Source: Saprospiraceae bacterium (lineage in GTDB: Bacteria; Bacteroidota; Bacteroidia; Chitinophagales; Saprospiraceae). From it: DNA of 64,000 nt. Positions 28,109-39,186 of the stretch are shown piece after piece. The position numbers and the translations under genes were made by a program. Below the pieces are notes generated by a model that worked only from the letters and a program-made list of their open reading frames with translations, made no database searches and had not been told where the DNA came from. Position 1 is the stretch's first letter, and every line of letters begins with the position of its first letter. The stretch spans positions 654-64,653 of the forward strand of contig JADLDL010000255.1 in assembly GCA_020846655.1 (NCBI GenBank). Direction: 5' to 3'.

Positions 28109-29554
28109 CTACATCTCCACCTTAAAATCCTCCACGCTTTTCTTGGCAATCAAACCCAGTTTTGCGCCTTCCTCCAGCATCCGCTGAAAACCGGATGCAA
28201 AGTCATTGGTGATCTCGCCGTCCAAAATGGCCTCGCGGATGGCGGTTTTGATCATGCCGACTTCGCGGGAAGGCTGGATGCCAAAACACTCCATGATGAT
28301 ATCGCCGGTGATGGGCGGCTGCCACAGGCGCAGGCGATCTGCTTCATTTACGAGGGCCATCCGTTCCTTCAGGTAGTTGTAGCCTTCCAGGTACCGCGAC
28401 ATTTTTTTCGGATTCTTGGTCGTAATATCCGATTCACAAAGCATCATCAGGTCTTCGACATCGGGCCCGGCGTCGAAGAGCAGGCGGCGTACAGCGCTGT
28501 CGGTGACCTCTTCTTTGGTGAGGCTGATCGGGCGAAGGTGCAGACGCACCATTTTTTGGACGTACTCCAGTTTGGCGTCGAGGGGCAGACGCAGGTTCCG
28601 GAAAATACGCGGCAACATGTTGGCGCCCAGCCACTCGTGGCCATGGAAGGTCCAGCCGCTATCCGGGTGGTAGCGTTTGGTAGCCGGTTTGGCGATGTCG
28701 TGAAACACGGCTGCCCAACGGAGCCAGATGTTGTTGCTGCGCCGGCACACGTTGTCCAACACTTCCAGGGTGTGGTAAAAATTGTCTTTGTGGCCGCGGC
28801 CGTTGCGGTCCTCCACGCCTTGCAAGGCGGTCAGTTCGGGCAAAATAAGTTGCAGCAAGCCGGTGTTGAACAAGAGCGTAAAACCCTCGGATGGCCGGGG
28901 GGTCATCAGAATTTTTTCCAGTTCGGTGGTGATGCGTTCTTTGGAAATGATATTCAGCCGATGCTTGTTGGCGGTAATGCCGGCCAGGGTATTTTTTTCA
29001 ATAACAAAATCCAGTTGGTTGGAAAAACGGATGGCGCGCAGCATCCGCAGGGGATCGTCTGAAAAGGTTTTGCCGGGGTCCAGGGGCGTTTTGATGATCT
29101 TGTGCTCCAGGTGTTCCAGGCCGCCAAAGGGGTCGATAATCAGGCCGAAATCGGCCTCGTTGAGGCTCACTGCCAGGGCATTGATCGTGAAATCCCGCCG
29201 GTTTTGGTCGTCCTCAAGGGTGCCTTGTTCCACGTCGGGCTTGCGGCTGTCCATTTGGTAACTCTCCTTTCGGGCGCCGACAAATTCAATTTCAATGCCA
29301 TCGTAGCGCAACATGGCCGTGCCGAATCGGCGGTAGACCACGATTTTGGGCGCCGGGTACAGTTTGTTGGCCAGGGTTTGGGCCAGGCGGATGCCGTCGC
29401 CGACACACACCACGTCGATATCCTTGGTAGAGCGGCCCAACAAGCGGTCGCGCACATAGCCGCCCACCACATAGGCCGGCACATCGATTTCGCGGGCACT
29501 GGCAGCGATCAATTCAAAGATGCGCCGTTCGTGTGGTTGTATATTGAAAATCAT
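28109..29554 (-). CDS. CCA-adding tRNA nucleotidyltransferase / poly(A) polymerase family with HD domain
   Basis: ORF 28109..29644, with the start moved to MIFNIQPHERRIFELI (CAT at 29552-29554). It has the nucleotidyltransferase motif GGYVRDRLLGR..KDIDVV and an HD region (FHDIAKP). Confidence 0.85.
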   Translation of the reverse strand: MIFNIQPHERRIFELIAASAREIDVPAYVVGGYVRDRLLGRSTKDIDVVCVGDGIRLAQTLANKLYPAPKIVVYRRFGTAMLRYDGIEIEFVGARKESYQMDSRKPDVEQGTLEDDQNRRDFTINALAVSLNEADFGLIIDPFGGLEHLEHKIIKTPLDPGKTFSDDPLRMLRAIRFSNQLDFVIEKNTLAGITANKHRLNIISKERITTELEKILMTPRPSEGFTLLFNTGLLQLILPELTALQGVEDRNGRGHKDNFYHTLEVLDNVCRRSNNIWLRWAAVFHDIAKPATKRYHPDSGWTFHGHEWLGANMLPRIFRNLRLPLDAKLEYVQKMVRLHLRPISLTKEEVTDSAVRRLLFDAGPDVEDLMMLCESDITTKNPKKMSRYLEGYNYLKERMALVNEADRLRLWQPPITGDIIMECFGIQPSREVGMIKTAIREAILDGEITNDFASGFQRMLEEGAKLGLIAKKSVEDFKVEM

Positions 29555-29582
29555 GGTTTGACAAATTAAACAAGCGGGTGGT

Positions 29583-30584
29583 TTACCCGGCCCATTCGGC
29601 CTCCAGGCCCGAATACACGTCTTCGATTTCGTCCAAAATAGCAAACAACACTTCCGGCTCCATTTCGGTCACCAGGCGAGCCCGGTAGGGTTTGATGTTG
29701 GGCAGGTCGCGGAAATACGGCGCATAGTGGCGGCGCATTTCCAGTACGCCCAATTTCGGTCCTTTCCAGGCCAGGCTGTCGCTCAGGTGTTGCCGGGCGG
29801 CGCGGAGTCGTTCGGCAACATCCGGCGGCGGCAGCAGTTCGCCGGTGGCAAAGTAGTGTTTGATTTCGCGGAAAATCCAGGGGTACCCAATGCTGGCCCG
29901 GCCAATCATAATGCCATCGGCGCCAAAACGGTTCCGGTAGTCGAGCGCTTTTTCCGGGCTATCGACGTCGCCGTTGCCAAAAATGGGAATGTGCAGCCGC
30001 GGATTCTCCTTGACGCGGGCGATCCAGCTCCAATCGGCTTCGCCCTTGTACATCTGCGCCCGGGTGCGGGCATGGATGGTCAGGGCTTGAATACCCACAT
30101 CTTGGAGGCGTTCGGCAACTTCCACGATGTTGATGGAGTTGTCGTCCCAGCCCAGGCGGGTTTTCACAGTCACCGGATATTTGGTGCTTTTCACTACGGC
30201 TTCGGTCAGGCGCACCATGTGCGGAATGTCGCGCAGCAAGCCGGCGCCCGCCATCCGGCAAGCCACTTTGGCCACCGGGCATCCGAAATTGATGTCGATG
30301 ACATTGGGGTTTTTGGCCTCAATGATTTCTGCGGCTTCGGTCATGTTGTCCAGTTGGCCGCCAAAGTATTGGATGCCGATCGGGCGCTCGTAGTCGAAGA
30401 TTTCCAGTTTTTTCAAACTCTTGATCGCTTCGTGCACCAGCCCATCGGCACTCACAAACTCGGTGTACACCATGTCCGCCCCTTGTTCTTTGCACAGTTT
30501 CCGGAACGGCGGATCACTGACGTCTTCCATGGGCGCCAACAATAAGGGATACTCTCCCAACTCAACATTTCCAATTTTAACCAT
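29583..30584 (-). CDS. dusB: tRNA dihydrouridine synthase B
   Basis: ORF 29583..30710, with the start moved to MVKIGNVELGEYPLLLAPMEDVSDPPFR (CAT at 30582-30584). It has a Dus TIM-barrel (INFGCP, LTIHARTR). Confidence 0.9.
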   Translation of the reverse strand: MVKIGNVELGEYPLLLAPMEDVSDPPFRKLCKEQGADMVYTEFVSADGLVHEAIKSLKKLEIFDYERPIGIQYFGGQLDNMTEAAEIIEAKNPNVIDINFGCPVAKVACRMAGAGLLRDIPHMVRLTEAVVKSTKYPVTVKTRLGWDDNSINIVEVAERLQDVGIQALTIHARTRAQMYKGEADWSWIARVKENPRLHIPIFGNGDVDSPEKALDYRNRFGADGIMIGRASIGYPWIFREIKHYFATGELLPPPDVAERLRAARQHLSDSLAWKGPKLGVLEMRRHYAPYFRDLPNIKPYRARLVTEMEPEVLFAILDEIEDVYSGLEAEWAG

Positions 30585-30643
30585 CGTTCTTTTCCAATCG
30601 GGGCGCAAAAATAGGTAAAAATCTGTGGACCGGCCAACCGGCT

Positions 30644-33421
30644 CTACCGGAGCAGGGTCACATCGCCTTTTACCAGGACTTGCAGGGCGTCGTCGCCGCG
30701 CCGCCACCAAACCCGGTACACGTATACGTCGGCCGGCGCTTCCTTGCCATCAATGGTGCCATCCCAGGTAGCGGCTTCATCCGTGCTCTGGTAAACAATT
30801 TGTCCCCAGCGGTTGAAGATTTCCATCCGCGCCACATAGGCCAGGCCTTTTAGAACAATCATGCCAAACGCATCGTTCACCTGATCGCCATCCGGGGTAA
30901 ATGCATTGGGAAAAAGCAGGAACGGGAACACCAGATTGAAGCGAATTTCCTCTCGCTGGACACAGCCTTTGGGGGAAGTAGCGATCAACACATACCGGAT
31001 TTCTTTGGTAGTCGTGTCGTTCGAAGACGCTACGATGTTGATGGATTCTGTATTGAATGGGAGCACTTTGGTATCCACCGTGATTTCCTGCCAAACAAAA
31101 TTTAAATTAGACAGGCTTTGCGGCGGATTTATGATAGCAATCAGATTCACTTCCTGACCAACGTTCAGGGTACTCGTGTCCGGGAACGCATCTATACCCA
31201 GGTTGAAATTCTGCACAACCGAAATATTGACGCTTTCCTGAAGTGTACAGCCTTCGCCATAGGTATAGGTGACCGTCTAGGTGGTATTGCCGGCTGGCAT
31301 CACGTTGATCGTGGAGGATTGAGCGCCGGTGCTCCAGGCATACGAGCCGTCCGGCGCCGAGCCCATGGCCCGGAGGGTCGTGAGCGTGCTATCGCAAACT
31401 GTGGTGTCCGGCGTAACCGTCAGGGTCGCGTTGTCGGCCGTAATTTTGATTTGTTGGGCAACGCTGCAATTACCAAGCGTTGCCACCACGGAGTACATCG
31501 TGGTTTGATCCGGAGAAACGACCGGCGTTGCACTGGTTGGCGCCAGCGTTGGATCGGGCGGGCTGGCTACCCAATTGTACACGGTGCCCGCCAATACCGG
31601 GCCGGAGTTGAGGGTCACGGTTTCGTCCGGACAAATGCGCACATCGGTAGGAATAACCAAAACAGGGGCTTCTCCGTTGATGGTCACCGTGACGTCGTCT
31701 GTCAATTGACAATTATCGCCATACGTGTAAAGTACAGCATACGTGGTAGTTACGTCGGGTTTTACTTGAATGGTCTGGCCCGTTCCAACAGTTTGGCCGG
31801 TGTTTTTATCGATCCAAACATAACTGATCTCCGGCAAGGTCGCCGAAGCGCTGAGCGTTGCTGTGAAGTTTTTGCAAATGGTCGTGTCGCCTTTCACGGT
31901 GAGGATGGCTTTGTTCAGCACAATCGTCACCGAGTCTTTTCGGATACAACCATTGTTGGCTACTACGGTGTAGGTCGCCGTCTGGGTGGGCATAAAACTG
32001 GGATCTGCTTTGGTGACAGTGCCAAAACCGGGATGGGTGGAGGTCCAAACGTAAGTTGACATCAGGTCGAACTGGTCGTTCAGTTGAACCGATTCTCCGG
32101 CGCACAACTGCCGGTCGTCCGGGAAATGCAGGGGAGGCAGCGGCTTGAGGTGCACCGTAGCGCTGGCATTCACCGGGCAGCCCTGGTATTCGCCCGACAC
32201 AGAATAGGTTTGAGTGTTGACCGGCGTGGCAAAGGTGCTGGTACATTGGGTGCAGGAGAGGCCATTGGCCGGCGACCACTCGATATTGGTCACGCCCGGT
32301 GTGACAAAACTCAGAGACAACAGCACCGTGTTGCCCGGGCAAATAAAAGTATCGACCGGCGAGGTAATCATTTGTGCCGTAGGAATCACTTTGACCAACG
32401 CAAAAGAGGTATCGATGCACAAACCCTTGCGGGTGATCCGCCGAAACAAGGTAGTTTGCGACGGTTGCACGACATTGTTAAACAACGTATCGGAGTACAG
32501 CAGTCCATTCAGAGGGGTCCATTTTGACGAAATGCCCAGGTATTCATCCGGGTCGTAGGTGCCAGATTCCAGGATGACCGTTTCGCCGAGGCAAATGGAG
32601 GTGTCGGCAGGCTGAATATCCAATTCTTTGGGCAAACTATCCAGCGCCAGATACACGCGCTGCTGCCGGGTACAGCCCGCCAACGAAGCCGTCGCGGTGT
32701 ACATCGTGCTTTCCAGGGGCGTTGCCACCGCAGTGGCGCCGTTGCCGCTGATCTGTAATCCGGCACCCGGCGACCAGGAAATGGTTTGGCCGGCGGGCGA
32801 AACGGTTGCCTGCAAGGTCCTGGACTTGCCCAGGCACAGCCGCACGGTGTCGGTCGGGGTGAGTTGCAAGGAGAGAGCAACCGGCGTAATACGCACACTG
32901 TCAAGGCTTAACAACGGACAGGTAAGGGTGGATGTCGATAAATAGTAGGTGACCGGTCCCGAAGGTTTTACTTTAGGATTGGCTAAACTGCTGGCAAAAC
33001 CCGGCGGCACAGAAAACCAGTTGTAAAAGGTGCCGGAAATGGCCGGGCCACCAATCGACACACTGTCGCCGGCGCAAATACCCATACTTTCGGTGATAGT
33101 ATAGGCGGGCGCTTCGCCGTTGATGACGAATACCCGGACGGTGTCTGAGTCCATGCAATCCGGCGTAGTCACGGTGGCGATAAACGTGTATGTGCCGGTA
33201 CTGAGTCCGGAAACCTCGGGGGAAGGGCAGTTGTAACAACTGAGGCCGATACTCCCGGTCCAGGTATACTGGCCGTCATTGGCCTGTGGATGCGGATTGA
33301 GGGAGAACCGGGCATTGTTGCAAACGGTTATGTCGGGACCCAGGTCAAGGGTGCAATCGGAGTTTTGTGCAGTGGTGAACAGGGCGATTAGGGAGAGGAA
33401 AAGAGTAAAAAAAACCTTCAT
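30644..33421 (-). pseudogene. T9SS type-B cargo gene (Ig-like Cys-containing repeats) interrupted by a single in-frame TAG at 31279-31277
   Basis: ORF 31277..33421 (714 aa) has a signal peptide but no C-terminal domain. ORF 30644..31216 (190 aa, GTG start) has the type-B C-terminal domain (FPNAFTPDGDQVNDAF...FNRWGQIVYQS...TWDGT) but no signal peptide. I translated the 60 nt between them (TVTYTYGEGCTLQESVNISV). Both ORFs and the linker are in the same frame, separated only by the TAG. Confidence 0.8.
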
Positions 33422-33466
33422 GATGATAAAGTTAAATCGGCGCGAAAATTAGCTGAATTTTGGGAG

Positions 33467-34492
33467 TCAGGGGCTTTGCGGCACAGCCTTTCCAAATTCT
33501 TTCGAGTAAATGCGGATTAATAATAAAAAAACGGCAATCAGAATGGGGCCAAAAACAAAGCCGATAAAACCGAACAGTTTCAGACCGGCAATCACCCCAA
33601 ACAAGGTTACTAATGGATGGATATCGCCCAGTTTTTTCTGGAGCCACATCCGTCCGATATTGTCCACCGATCCGATGACCGTAAAGCCGTAGATAAACAA
33701 CAAGACGCCGTTTAGCGGCATTCCGTTGGCTACCATGAGCAAGGACATGGGCACATAGGCCAGGGCTACGCCCAAAATGGGCAGCATACCGGAAATACAA
33801 GTGATGGCAAACCATAGCCACACATCCTGCACACCGGCCAGCCAGTACACCGGTAAGCCAGCCAGGCCCTGAATGATGCCCATCACCGGGATACCCACAG
33901 CGTTGGAAAAAACCAGGCTGTTCAGTTCGCCTTTGAAATTGGCAACGTTTTCCAGGCGGATCGGCAGCCAATTGGAAAAAGCATCTTCCATGGTTTCCTG
34001 GTGGATCAGCATGAAAAACAAAATGAAAACTGCCAACAACGCCGTGCTAATCCCTTCGAGCGTAGCCGTTACCAGGTCCCGGACCTGATTCGCCAGCCAG
34101 CCGGCCAGGTCCTTCAGGTTGTCCGGCGTCATTACACTTACGGAATACTGCTCTTCCAGGCGATGCACCAGGGTTTCCAGGCTAAGCCGGAGATCGGCCG
34201 TGTGCTGCATTGTTTCGATTACCCTCGCCTGCACTAATTGTACCAAAAAATGCACCGGGGTGCCAATCACGACGATCGCCAGCAGAATCAAGGCCAGAGC
34301 GGCTAGTGTTTTCGGCCAACGCCATTGTGCCGTCAGGAATACCATGGACCGCCGCAACAACACGTACAAGGTATAGGCGCCCAATAAAGCCGGCAGAAAA
34401 GTGTGGAGGGTGCCAAACAGCACCCACGCTAACGCAAAAATCAACAGGAGCAACAGGACTTGCCGGATCAGTAGGCTTGAAATCTGGTTCAT
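33467..34492 (-). CDS. AI-2E family transporter (PerM/UPF0118)
   Basis: 341 aa polytopic membrane protein with the typical family layout and a C-terminal block ([23 protein letters not shown]). Confidence 0.8.
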   Translation of the reverse strand: MNQISSLLIRQVLLLLLIFALAWVLFGTLHTFLPALLGAYTLYVLLRRSMVFLTAQWRWPKTLAALALILLAIVVIGTPVHFLVQLVQARVIETMQHTADLRLSLETLVHRLEEQYSVSVMTPDNLKDLAGWLANQVRDLVTATLEGISTALLAVFILFFMLIHQETMEDAFSNWLPIRLENVANFKGELNSLVFSNAVGIPVMGIIQGLAGLPVYWLAGVQDVWLWFAITCISGMLPILGVALAYVPMSLLMVANGMPLNGVLLFIYGFTVIGSVDNIGRMWLQKKLGDIHPLVTLFGVIAGLKLFGFIGFVFGPILIAVFLLLIRIYSKEFGKAVPQSP

Positions 34493-34572
34493 GCCGGAAA
34501 AATAAGGCTTCAGTCTTGGGTGAACTACCGTTTACTCCATATTATCCTACTTTTGCACAAAAATTTTCAACC

Positions 34573-35007
34573 TTGACCATTCGTATTATCAATCGCTCCT
34601 CCAATCCCTTGCCCAAATACGAAACCAACGGCAGCGCCGGCATGGACCTCCGGGCATGGCTCGATGCGCCGGTCACCCTGCCTTCTCTGGGCAGGGCTCT
34701 GATTCCCACCGGGTTGCACATCGAACTCCCAAACGGTTTCGAGGCACAAATCCGCGCCCGCTCCGGGCTGGCCATCAAACGCGGCCTCACCATGCTCAAT
34801 TCACCCGGCACGGTAGACAGCGATTATCGCGGCGAAATCAAATGTATCGTCATCAATCTTTCCGACGAGCCGCAAACCATCGAACCCGGAGAGCGAATTG
34901 CTCAAATGGTTATCGCCCGTTACGAACAAATTGACTGGCAGGAGGTTGAAGTATTGGAAGAAACCGAGCGCAGCAGTGGAGGCTTTGGAAGTACAGGAAA
35001 ACACTGA
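34573..35007 (+). CDS. dut: dUTP diphosphatase
   Basis: This is the C-terminal 144 codons of ORF 34210..35007. A TTG start at 34573 gives (M)[27 protein letters not shown], the canonical dUTPase N-terminus. Motifs [10 protein letters not shown] and GGFGSTG are present. The upstream part of the long ORF overlaps the AI-2E gene on the other strand. Confidence 0.9.
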   Translation: MTIRIINRSSNPLPKYETNGSAGMDLRAWLDAPVTLPSLGRALIPTGLHIELPNGFEAQIRARSGLAIKRGLTMLNSPGTVDSDYRGEIKCIVINLSDEPQTIEPGERIAQMVIARYEQIDWQEVEVLEETERSSGGFGSTGKH

Positions 35008-35077
35008 CTCCCTTTTCAAGCTGCCACCGTTACCTGCCTGTTTGCCTATCACCCATAACTAATTTGCAATCCACATC

Positions 35078-36085
35078 ATGAAAATCATAATCCCTATGGC
35101 TGGCCGGGGCACTCGTTTGCGCCCACACACCCTTACTGTGCCCAAGCCACTGATTCCGGTAGCCGGCAAACCCATTATTCAACGACTGGTAGAAGAACTG
35201 GCGCATTCCTACGACCAGCCCATCCGGGAAATTGCATTTATCATCGGCGATTTTGGCCCTGAAGTAGAACGCGAATTGATCCACATCGCCGAACAACTGG
35301 GCGCCAAAGGCCGGATTTACCACCAGGAAAAAGCCATGGGCGTGGGCCATGCCATCTATTGCGCCTGGGAAAGCCTGACCGGCCCCTGTATGATTGCCTT
35401 TGCCGACACGCTTTTCAAAGCCGATTTTTCGTTCGACACCCGCGAGGACGGTATGATTTGGGTACAAAAAGTAAAAGACCCCTCCTCTTTCGGCGTGGTC
35501 AAACTGGATACCGAAGGCTACATCACCGAATTTGTCGAAAAGCCCACCACCTTTGTGTCGGATCTGGCGATTGTTGGGATATATTATTTTCGGGAAGGCG
35601 AAAAATTGCGCACCGCATTGCACCATATTATTAGCCAGGAAATCAAGGAAAAAAACGAATTCCAGCTCACTACGGCACTCGAATTGCTCAAAAACGAAGG
35701 CCTGCGCTTTCGTACCGGCGAAATTGACGAGTGGCTCGATTGCGGCAACAAAGAAGCCATCCTGTTCTCCAACGAACGAATGCTCGAATTGTACCGCGAT
35801 CAGGACCTGGTTGCCCAAAACGCAAGCATCGAAAACAGCGTGATTATTCCACCCTGTTTTATCGGCGAACACGCCGTCATCCGGAATGCTGTGGTAGGGC
35901 CCTATGTCAGTGTCGGCAATAATTCAGTGGTCGAAAACACCGTTATTACCAACAGCATTATTCAAAACAAATCCCAGATCAAAAATGCTTTGCTGGAAAA
36001 TTCTATGGTCGGCAACGCCAGTAAATTTGTCGGCTCCAAAGACGAAGTAAATATTGGCGATTACTCGAACTTGTCCAAACGCTAA
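35078..36085 (+). CDS. sugar-phosphate nucleotidyltransferase with C-terminal left-handed beta-helix
   Basis: 335 aa. It has the N-terminal motif MAGRGTRLRPHTLTVPKPL (GxGTRLxPxT) and C-terminal hexapeptide-like repeats. Confidence 0.8.
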   Translation: MKIIIPMAGRGTRLRPHTLTVPKPLIPVAGKPIIQRLVEELAHSYDQPIREIAFIIGDFGPEVERELIHIAEQLGAKGRIYHQEKAMGVGHAIYCAWESLTGPCMIAFADTLFKADFSFDTREDGMIWVQKVKDPSSFGVVKLDTEGYITEFVEKPTTFVSDLAIVGIYYFREGEKLRTALHHIISQEIKEKNEFQLTTALELLKNEGLRFRTGEIDEWLDCGNKEAILFSNERMLELYRDQDLVAQNASIENSVIIPPCFIGEHAVIRNAVVGPYVSVGNNSVVENTVITNSIIQNKSQIKNALLENSMVGNASKFVGSKDEVNIGDYSNLSKR

Positions 36086-36100
36086 AACATTGACTGTTAC

Positions 36101-37609
36101 ATGTTTAAAAACATATTTTTTCGCATTTGTTTCCTCTTGCCCGGTTTGATTTCCGGCTCGGTTTTCGCCCAAAATACCATCGGCGGCGAAGCCAAAATCG
36201 TACCGGAGGCTGAAGTAGACCGCCAAAGCCTGTTTATCGATGCCGAACGCCAACGCCTGCTGGGCCACAACGACAAAGCGGTTGACATGTACAAGCAGTT
36301 CCTCTACGCCAACACCGACAACGCTGCTGCCTGGTACGGGCTCGCCCGCAGTTATGGCGCCCAAGGCGACCCGCAAAATGCCCTCGACGCTGCCAACAAA
36401 GCCGTTGCCGCCGACGCGACCAACCAATGGTATCAAATCTACCGGGCTGATTTGCTGGAGCAACTCGGCAACATCCGGGAAGCCGTAAAAGTATATGAAA
36501 CCCTGACCAAACAATTCCCCCACGAATCGGATTTCTGGCGACAGTACTCCTACCTCGCCGTGCTCAACAGCGACCCTAAAACCGGCCTGAAAGCCCTCGA
36601 CCAACTGGAAAAAATCACCGGGGTCACCGAGGAAAGCACCGACAAAAAACACATGATTTACCTCGGCATGGGCGATGCCAAAAAAGCCGCCGCCGAACTC
36701 CAGCGGCTCGCCGACCTGTACCCCAGCACCTTGGAATACCGGCACCACCTGGCCGAATTTTACACCCAGGTAGGAGACAAAAACGCCGCCCGGAAAGTGT
36801 ACGAAGACATTCTCCGCCGCGACCCGACCGACCCCGTTGCCCAATTGGCAGTGCTTGAAAAATCCGGCTCCGACATCGCCTATATCCAAACCCTCAAGCC
36901 GCTCTTCCGCGACCCCGGTGTGTCCATCGACGCCAAGGTGAAGGAGTTGCTGCCCTATTTTGACAAACTCAACGGCCGAACCGAACCCAGCCTCCTGCAA
37001 GCCCTGCTCGACCTGGGCCAATTGGTAGAAACTGCGCACCCCAACGACCCCAAGGCCTGGAGCCTGTCCGGCGACCTGCTCTACTACGCTGATCGCCCCA
37101 ACGAAGCCCTCGCCCGGTACCGAACCTGCATCAAACTGAACCCCACTATTTTTTCTGTTTGGGAAAACACCCTGGAGATTCTCAGCCAACAGAAAAACTA
37201 CGACGAACTCTACCCTATGGCCGAAAAAGCCATGGATGATTTCCCCAACCAGGCGGTGGCCTACTATTATTTCGGCCTGGCTGCCACCGAAAAAGGCAAA
37301 CCCGACGAGGCCATTGCCCAACTGGAGCAAGCCACCCTGATGGCCGGCAACAACCTCAACCTCCGCCTTGCCCTGGAAGACCAGATCGGACTGGCCCAAC
37401 TGCGTAAAAAAGACTTTGCCGCCGCCGCCAATACCTATGCCCAGGCGCTGAACATCGGCGGCGACAAACACGCCCGCATCCTCGAACACTATGGCGATAC
37501 GCTTATCCAACTCGGGGAGCGCGAAAAAGCCATGGACTTTTGGCAAAAAGCCAACAAACTGGAACCCTCACCGCAGTTGGAACAGAAAATTTCGACCGGA
37601 AAACTTTAA
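36101..37609 (+). CDS. secreted tetratricopeptide-repeat protein
   Basis: 502 aa. It has a signal peptide and many 34-aa TPR-like units (AAWYGLARSY..., NQWYQIYRADLLEQLGN...). Confidence 0.75.
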   Translation: MFKNIFFRICFLLPGLISGSVFAQNTIGGEAKIVPEAEVDRQSLFIDAERQRLLGHNDKAVDMYKQFLYANTDNAAAWYGLARSYGAQGDPQNALDAANKAVAADATNQWYQIYRADLLEQLGNIREAVKVYETLTKQFPHESDFWRQYSYLAVLNSDPKTGLKALDQLEKITGVTEESTDKKHMIYLGMGDAKKAAAELQRLADLYPSTLEYRHHLAEFYTQVGDKNAARKVYEDILRRDPTDPVAQLAVLEKSGSDIAYIQTLKPLFRDPGVSIDAKVKELLPYFDKLNGRTEPSLLQALLDLGQLVETAHPNDPKAWSLSGDLLYYADRPNEALARYRTCIKLNPTIFSVWENTLEILSQQKNYDELYPMAEKAMDDFPNQAVAYYYFGLAATEKGKPDEAIAQLEQATLMAGNNLNLRLALEDQIGLAQLRKKDFAAAANTYAQALNIGGDKHARILEHYGDTLIQLGEREKAMDFWQKANKLEPSPQLEQKISTGKL

Positions 37610-37629
37610 TCTGTGCCTACCACCATAAA

Positions 37630-38760
37630 ATGCTCATTATAAAAACATTGCAGGGCTTAGAGCCTGTTTTGGCCGCCGAACTCGAAGCCCTGGGCGCCAC
37701 CGACATTCGTCCGCTCAAACGAGCCGTGTCCTGTGAAGGCGACCAGCGGCTGATGTACCGCGCCAACTACGAACTACGCTCCGCCTTGCGGGTCCTGAAA
37801 CCCTTTCACTCGTTTCAGGCCTCCGACGAACGCCAGTTTTACAATCAGATTTATAAATTCGACTGGAGCCAATACCTCAACCCGATTGATACGCTGGCCA
37901 TCGATTCCACGGTGGCCAGCGTGCATTTCCGGCATTCGCAGTACATGGCCTTGTTGACCAAAGACGCCATTGTGGACCAGTTTCGCGACCGCACCGGCCG
38001 CCGCCCCAGCGTAAACCTCGAAGCCCCAACCCTCCGCATCCACCTGCGCATCCACGGTTCGCAATGCGACCTGCTGTTCGATGCCAGCGGCGATTCGCTG
38101 CACAAACGCGGGTACCGGCGCGATGTAGCCGAGGCGCCCCTGAATGAAGTCCTGGCCGCCGGCCTGATTCTGCTCACCGGCTGGGACGGCCAAAGCACTT
38201 TTGTGGACCCTATGTGCGGCAGCGGCACCCTTCCGATCGAAGCCGCCATGATCGCCATGCACATTCCGCCGCAATACAAGCGCGACGCTTTCGGGTTTTT
38301 CCGCTGGAAAGATTTTGACAAAGCGCTTTGGCAGGATGTAAAAAGTACCGCCGACGCCCGGATCCAACCCGCTCCCTGCGCGATCTACGGTTCCGACATG
38401 GACCCCCGCGCCCGGAATACCACCACGATCAATTTGTTTTCTGCCGGCCTGGAAAAAGTAGTGCAGGTGGAAAAAATGGCCTTTGAAAAACTGACACCAC
38501 CCGAACCACCCGGTTTGCTGCTCACCAACCCGCCCTACGACGAACGGATCAAAGTGGACGATGTGGCGGCTTTTTACAAAAGCATTGGCGACCAACTCAA
38601 GCAACACTGGGCCGGCTGGCAAGCCTGGCTGATTTCCTCCAACCTGGAAGCCTGGAAAAGTTTTGGCCTGCGCCCATCCCGCAAAATTACCCTGTACAAT
38701 GGTTCGCTGGAGTGTTATTTTCAAAAATACGACTTGTATGCCGGCAAAAAACACAGTTAA
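37630..38760 (+). CDS. THUMP-domain class I SAM-dependent RNA methyltransferase (RlmL/K-like)
   Basis: ORF 37540..38760, with the start moved to the ATG at 37630 (MLIIKTLQGLEPVLAAELEALGA). It has SAM-binding DPMCGSGT and the catalytic NPPYDERI motif. Confidence 0.85.
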   Translation: MLIIKTLQGLEPVLAAELEALGATDIRPLKRAVSCEGDQRLMYRANYELRSALRVLKPFHSFQASDERQFYNQIYKFDWSQYLNPIDTLAIDSTVASVHFRHSQYMALLTKDAIVDQFRDRTGRRPSVNLEAPTLRIHLRIHGSQCDLLFDASGDSLHKRGYRRDVAEAPLNEVLAAGLILLTGWDGQSTFVDPMCGSGTLPIEAAMIAMHIPPQYKRDAFGFFRWKDFDKALWQDVKSTADARIQPAPCAIYGSDMDPRARNTTTINLFSAGLEKVVQVEKMAFEKLTPPEPPGLLLTNPPYDERIKVDDVAAFYKSIGDQLKQHWAGWQAWLISSNLEAWKSFGLRPSRKITLYNGSLECYFQKYDLYAGKKHS

Positions 38761-39091
38761 AGTGCTGCTGCTCTTGGGCCTCATGGGCTGGTGCAGCGCC
38801 GCAGGGCGGGCTCAGGCGCCATTGGAACTGGCCAGCCCGGCACTGTATGTCCCGTTCAAACCGGCCTTACTCAAGCCCGGGCTCTTTCGCTGGATTTCGC
38901 CGCCTGCCAAGGCGATGCCGCCTGATTTGCGCGCCTGCGCCTGGCAAGCCGATGCGTTGCCTTTGTTTTGCAAAATTGAATACCACTTCGAGATCAGAAA
39001 AAAAGTGCCGTTCAAATTTCGCCTGGGTTCGGTCGACTATGTGGATTGGCTCGAAGGCAAGCCAGGGTATTCAACGCTGATGTACCGCTAG
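38738..39091 (+). CDS. small hypothetical secreted protein
   Basis: An internal start in ORF 38663..39091 gives MPAKNTVKVLLLLGLMGWCSAAGRAQA. It overlaps the methyltransferase 3' end by 23 nt. I recognise no family. Confidence 0.5.
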   Translation: MPAKNTVKVLLLLGLMGWCSAAGRAQAPLELASPALYVPFKPALLKPGLFRWISPPAKAMPPDLRACAWQADALPLFCKIEYHFEIRKKVPFKFRLGSVDYVDWLEGKPGYSTLMYR

Positions 39092-39186
39092 TGCCGCGTC
39101 CGGCAGTTGGCGCTTTGTTTTGAGAAAACAAGGCCACGCAACCCCCGTGTTGTATTTTGCGTGCTGTTGTCAAACATCAATCCTGC

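Noticed and set aside
27940-28149. A 69-aa minus-strand ORF spanning the 82-nt inverted repeat.
   Set aside because: It exists only because the AT-rich hairpin lacks stops. It overlaps the 3' ends of both flanking genes and has no coding features.
34210-34572. The N-terminal 121 codons of the 265-aa ORF that contains dut.
   Set aside because: This part overlaps the AI-2E transporter gene on the opposite strand and has an Arg/Pro-rich nonsense-like composition. The canonical dUTPase N-terminus begins at the TTG at 34573.
35924-37546. A 540-aa ORF on the minus strand.
   Set aside because: It is exactly antisense to the TPR protein gene (36101-37609), whose product has a signal peptide and clear 34-aa repeats. 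The antisense product is a low-complexity G/V/A/F-rich string typical of shadow ORFs in GC-rich coding DNA.
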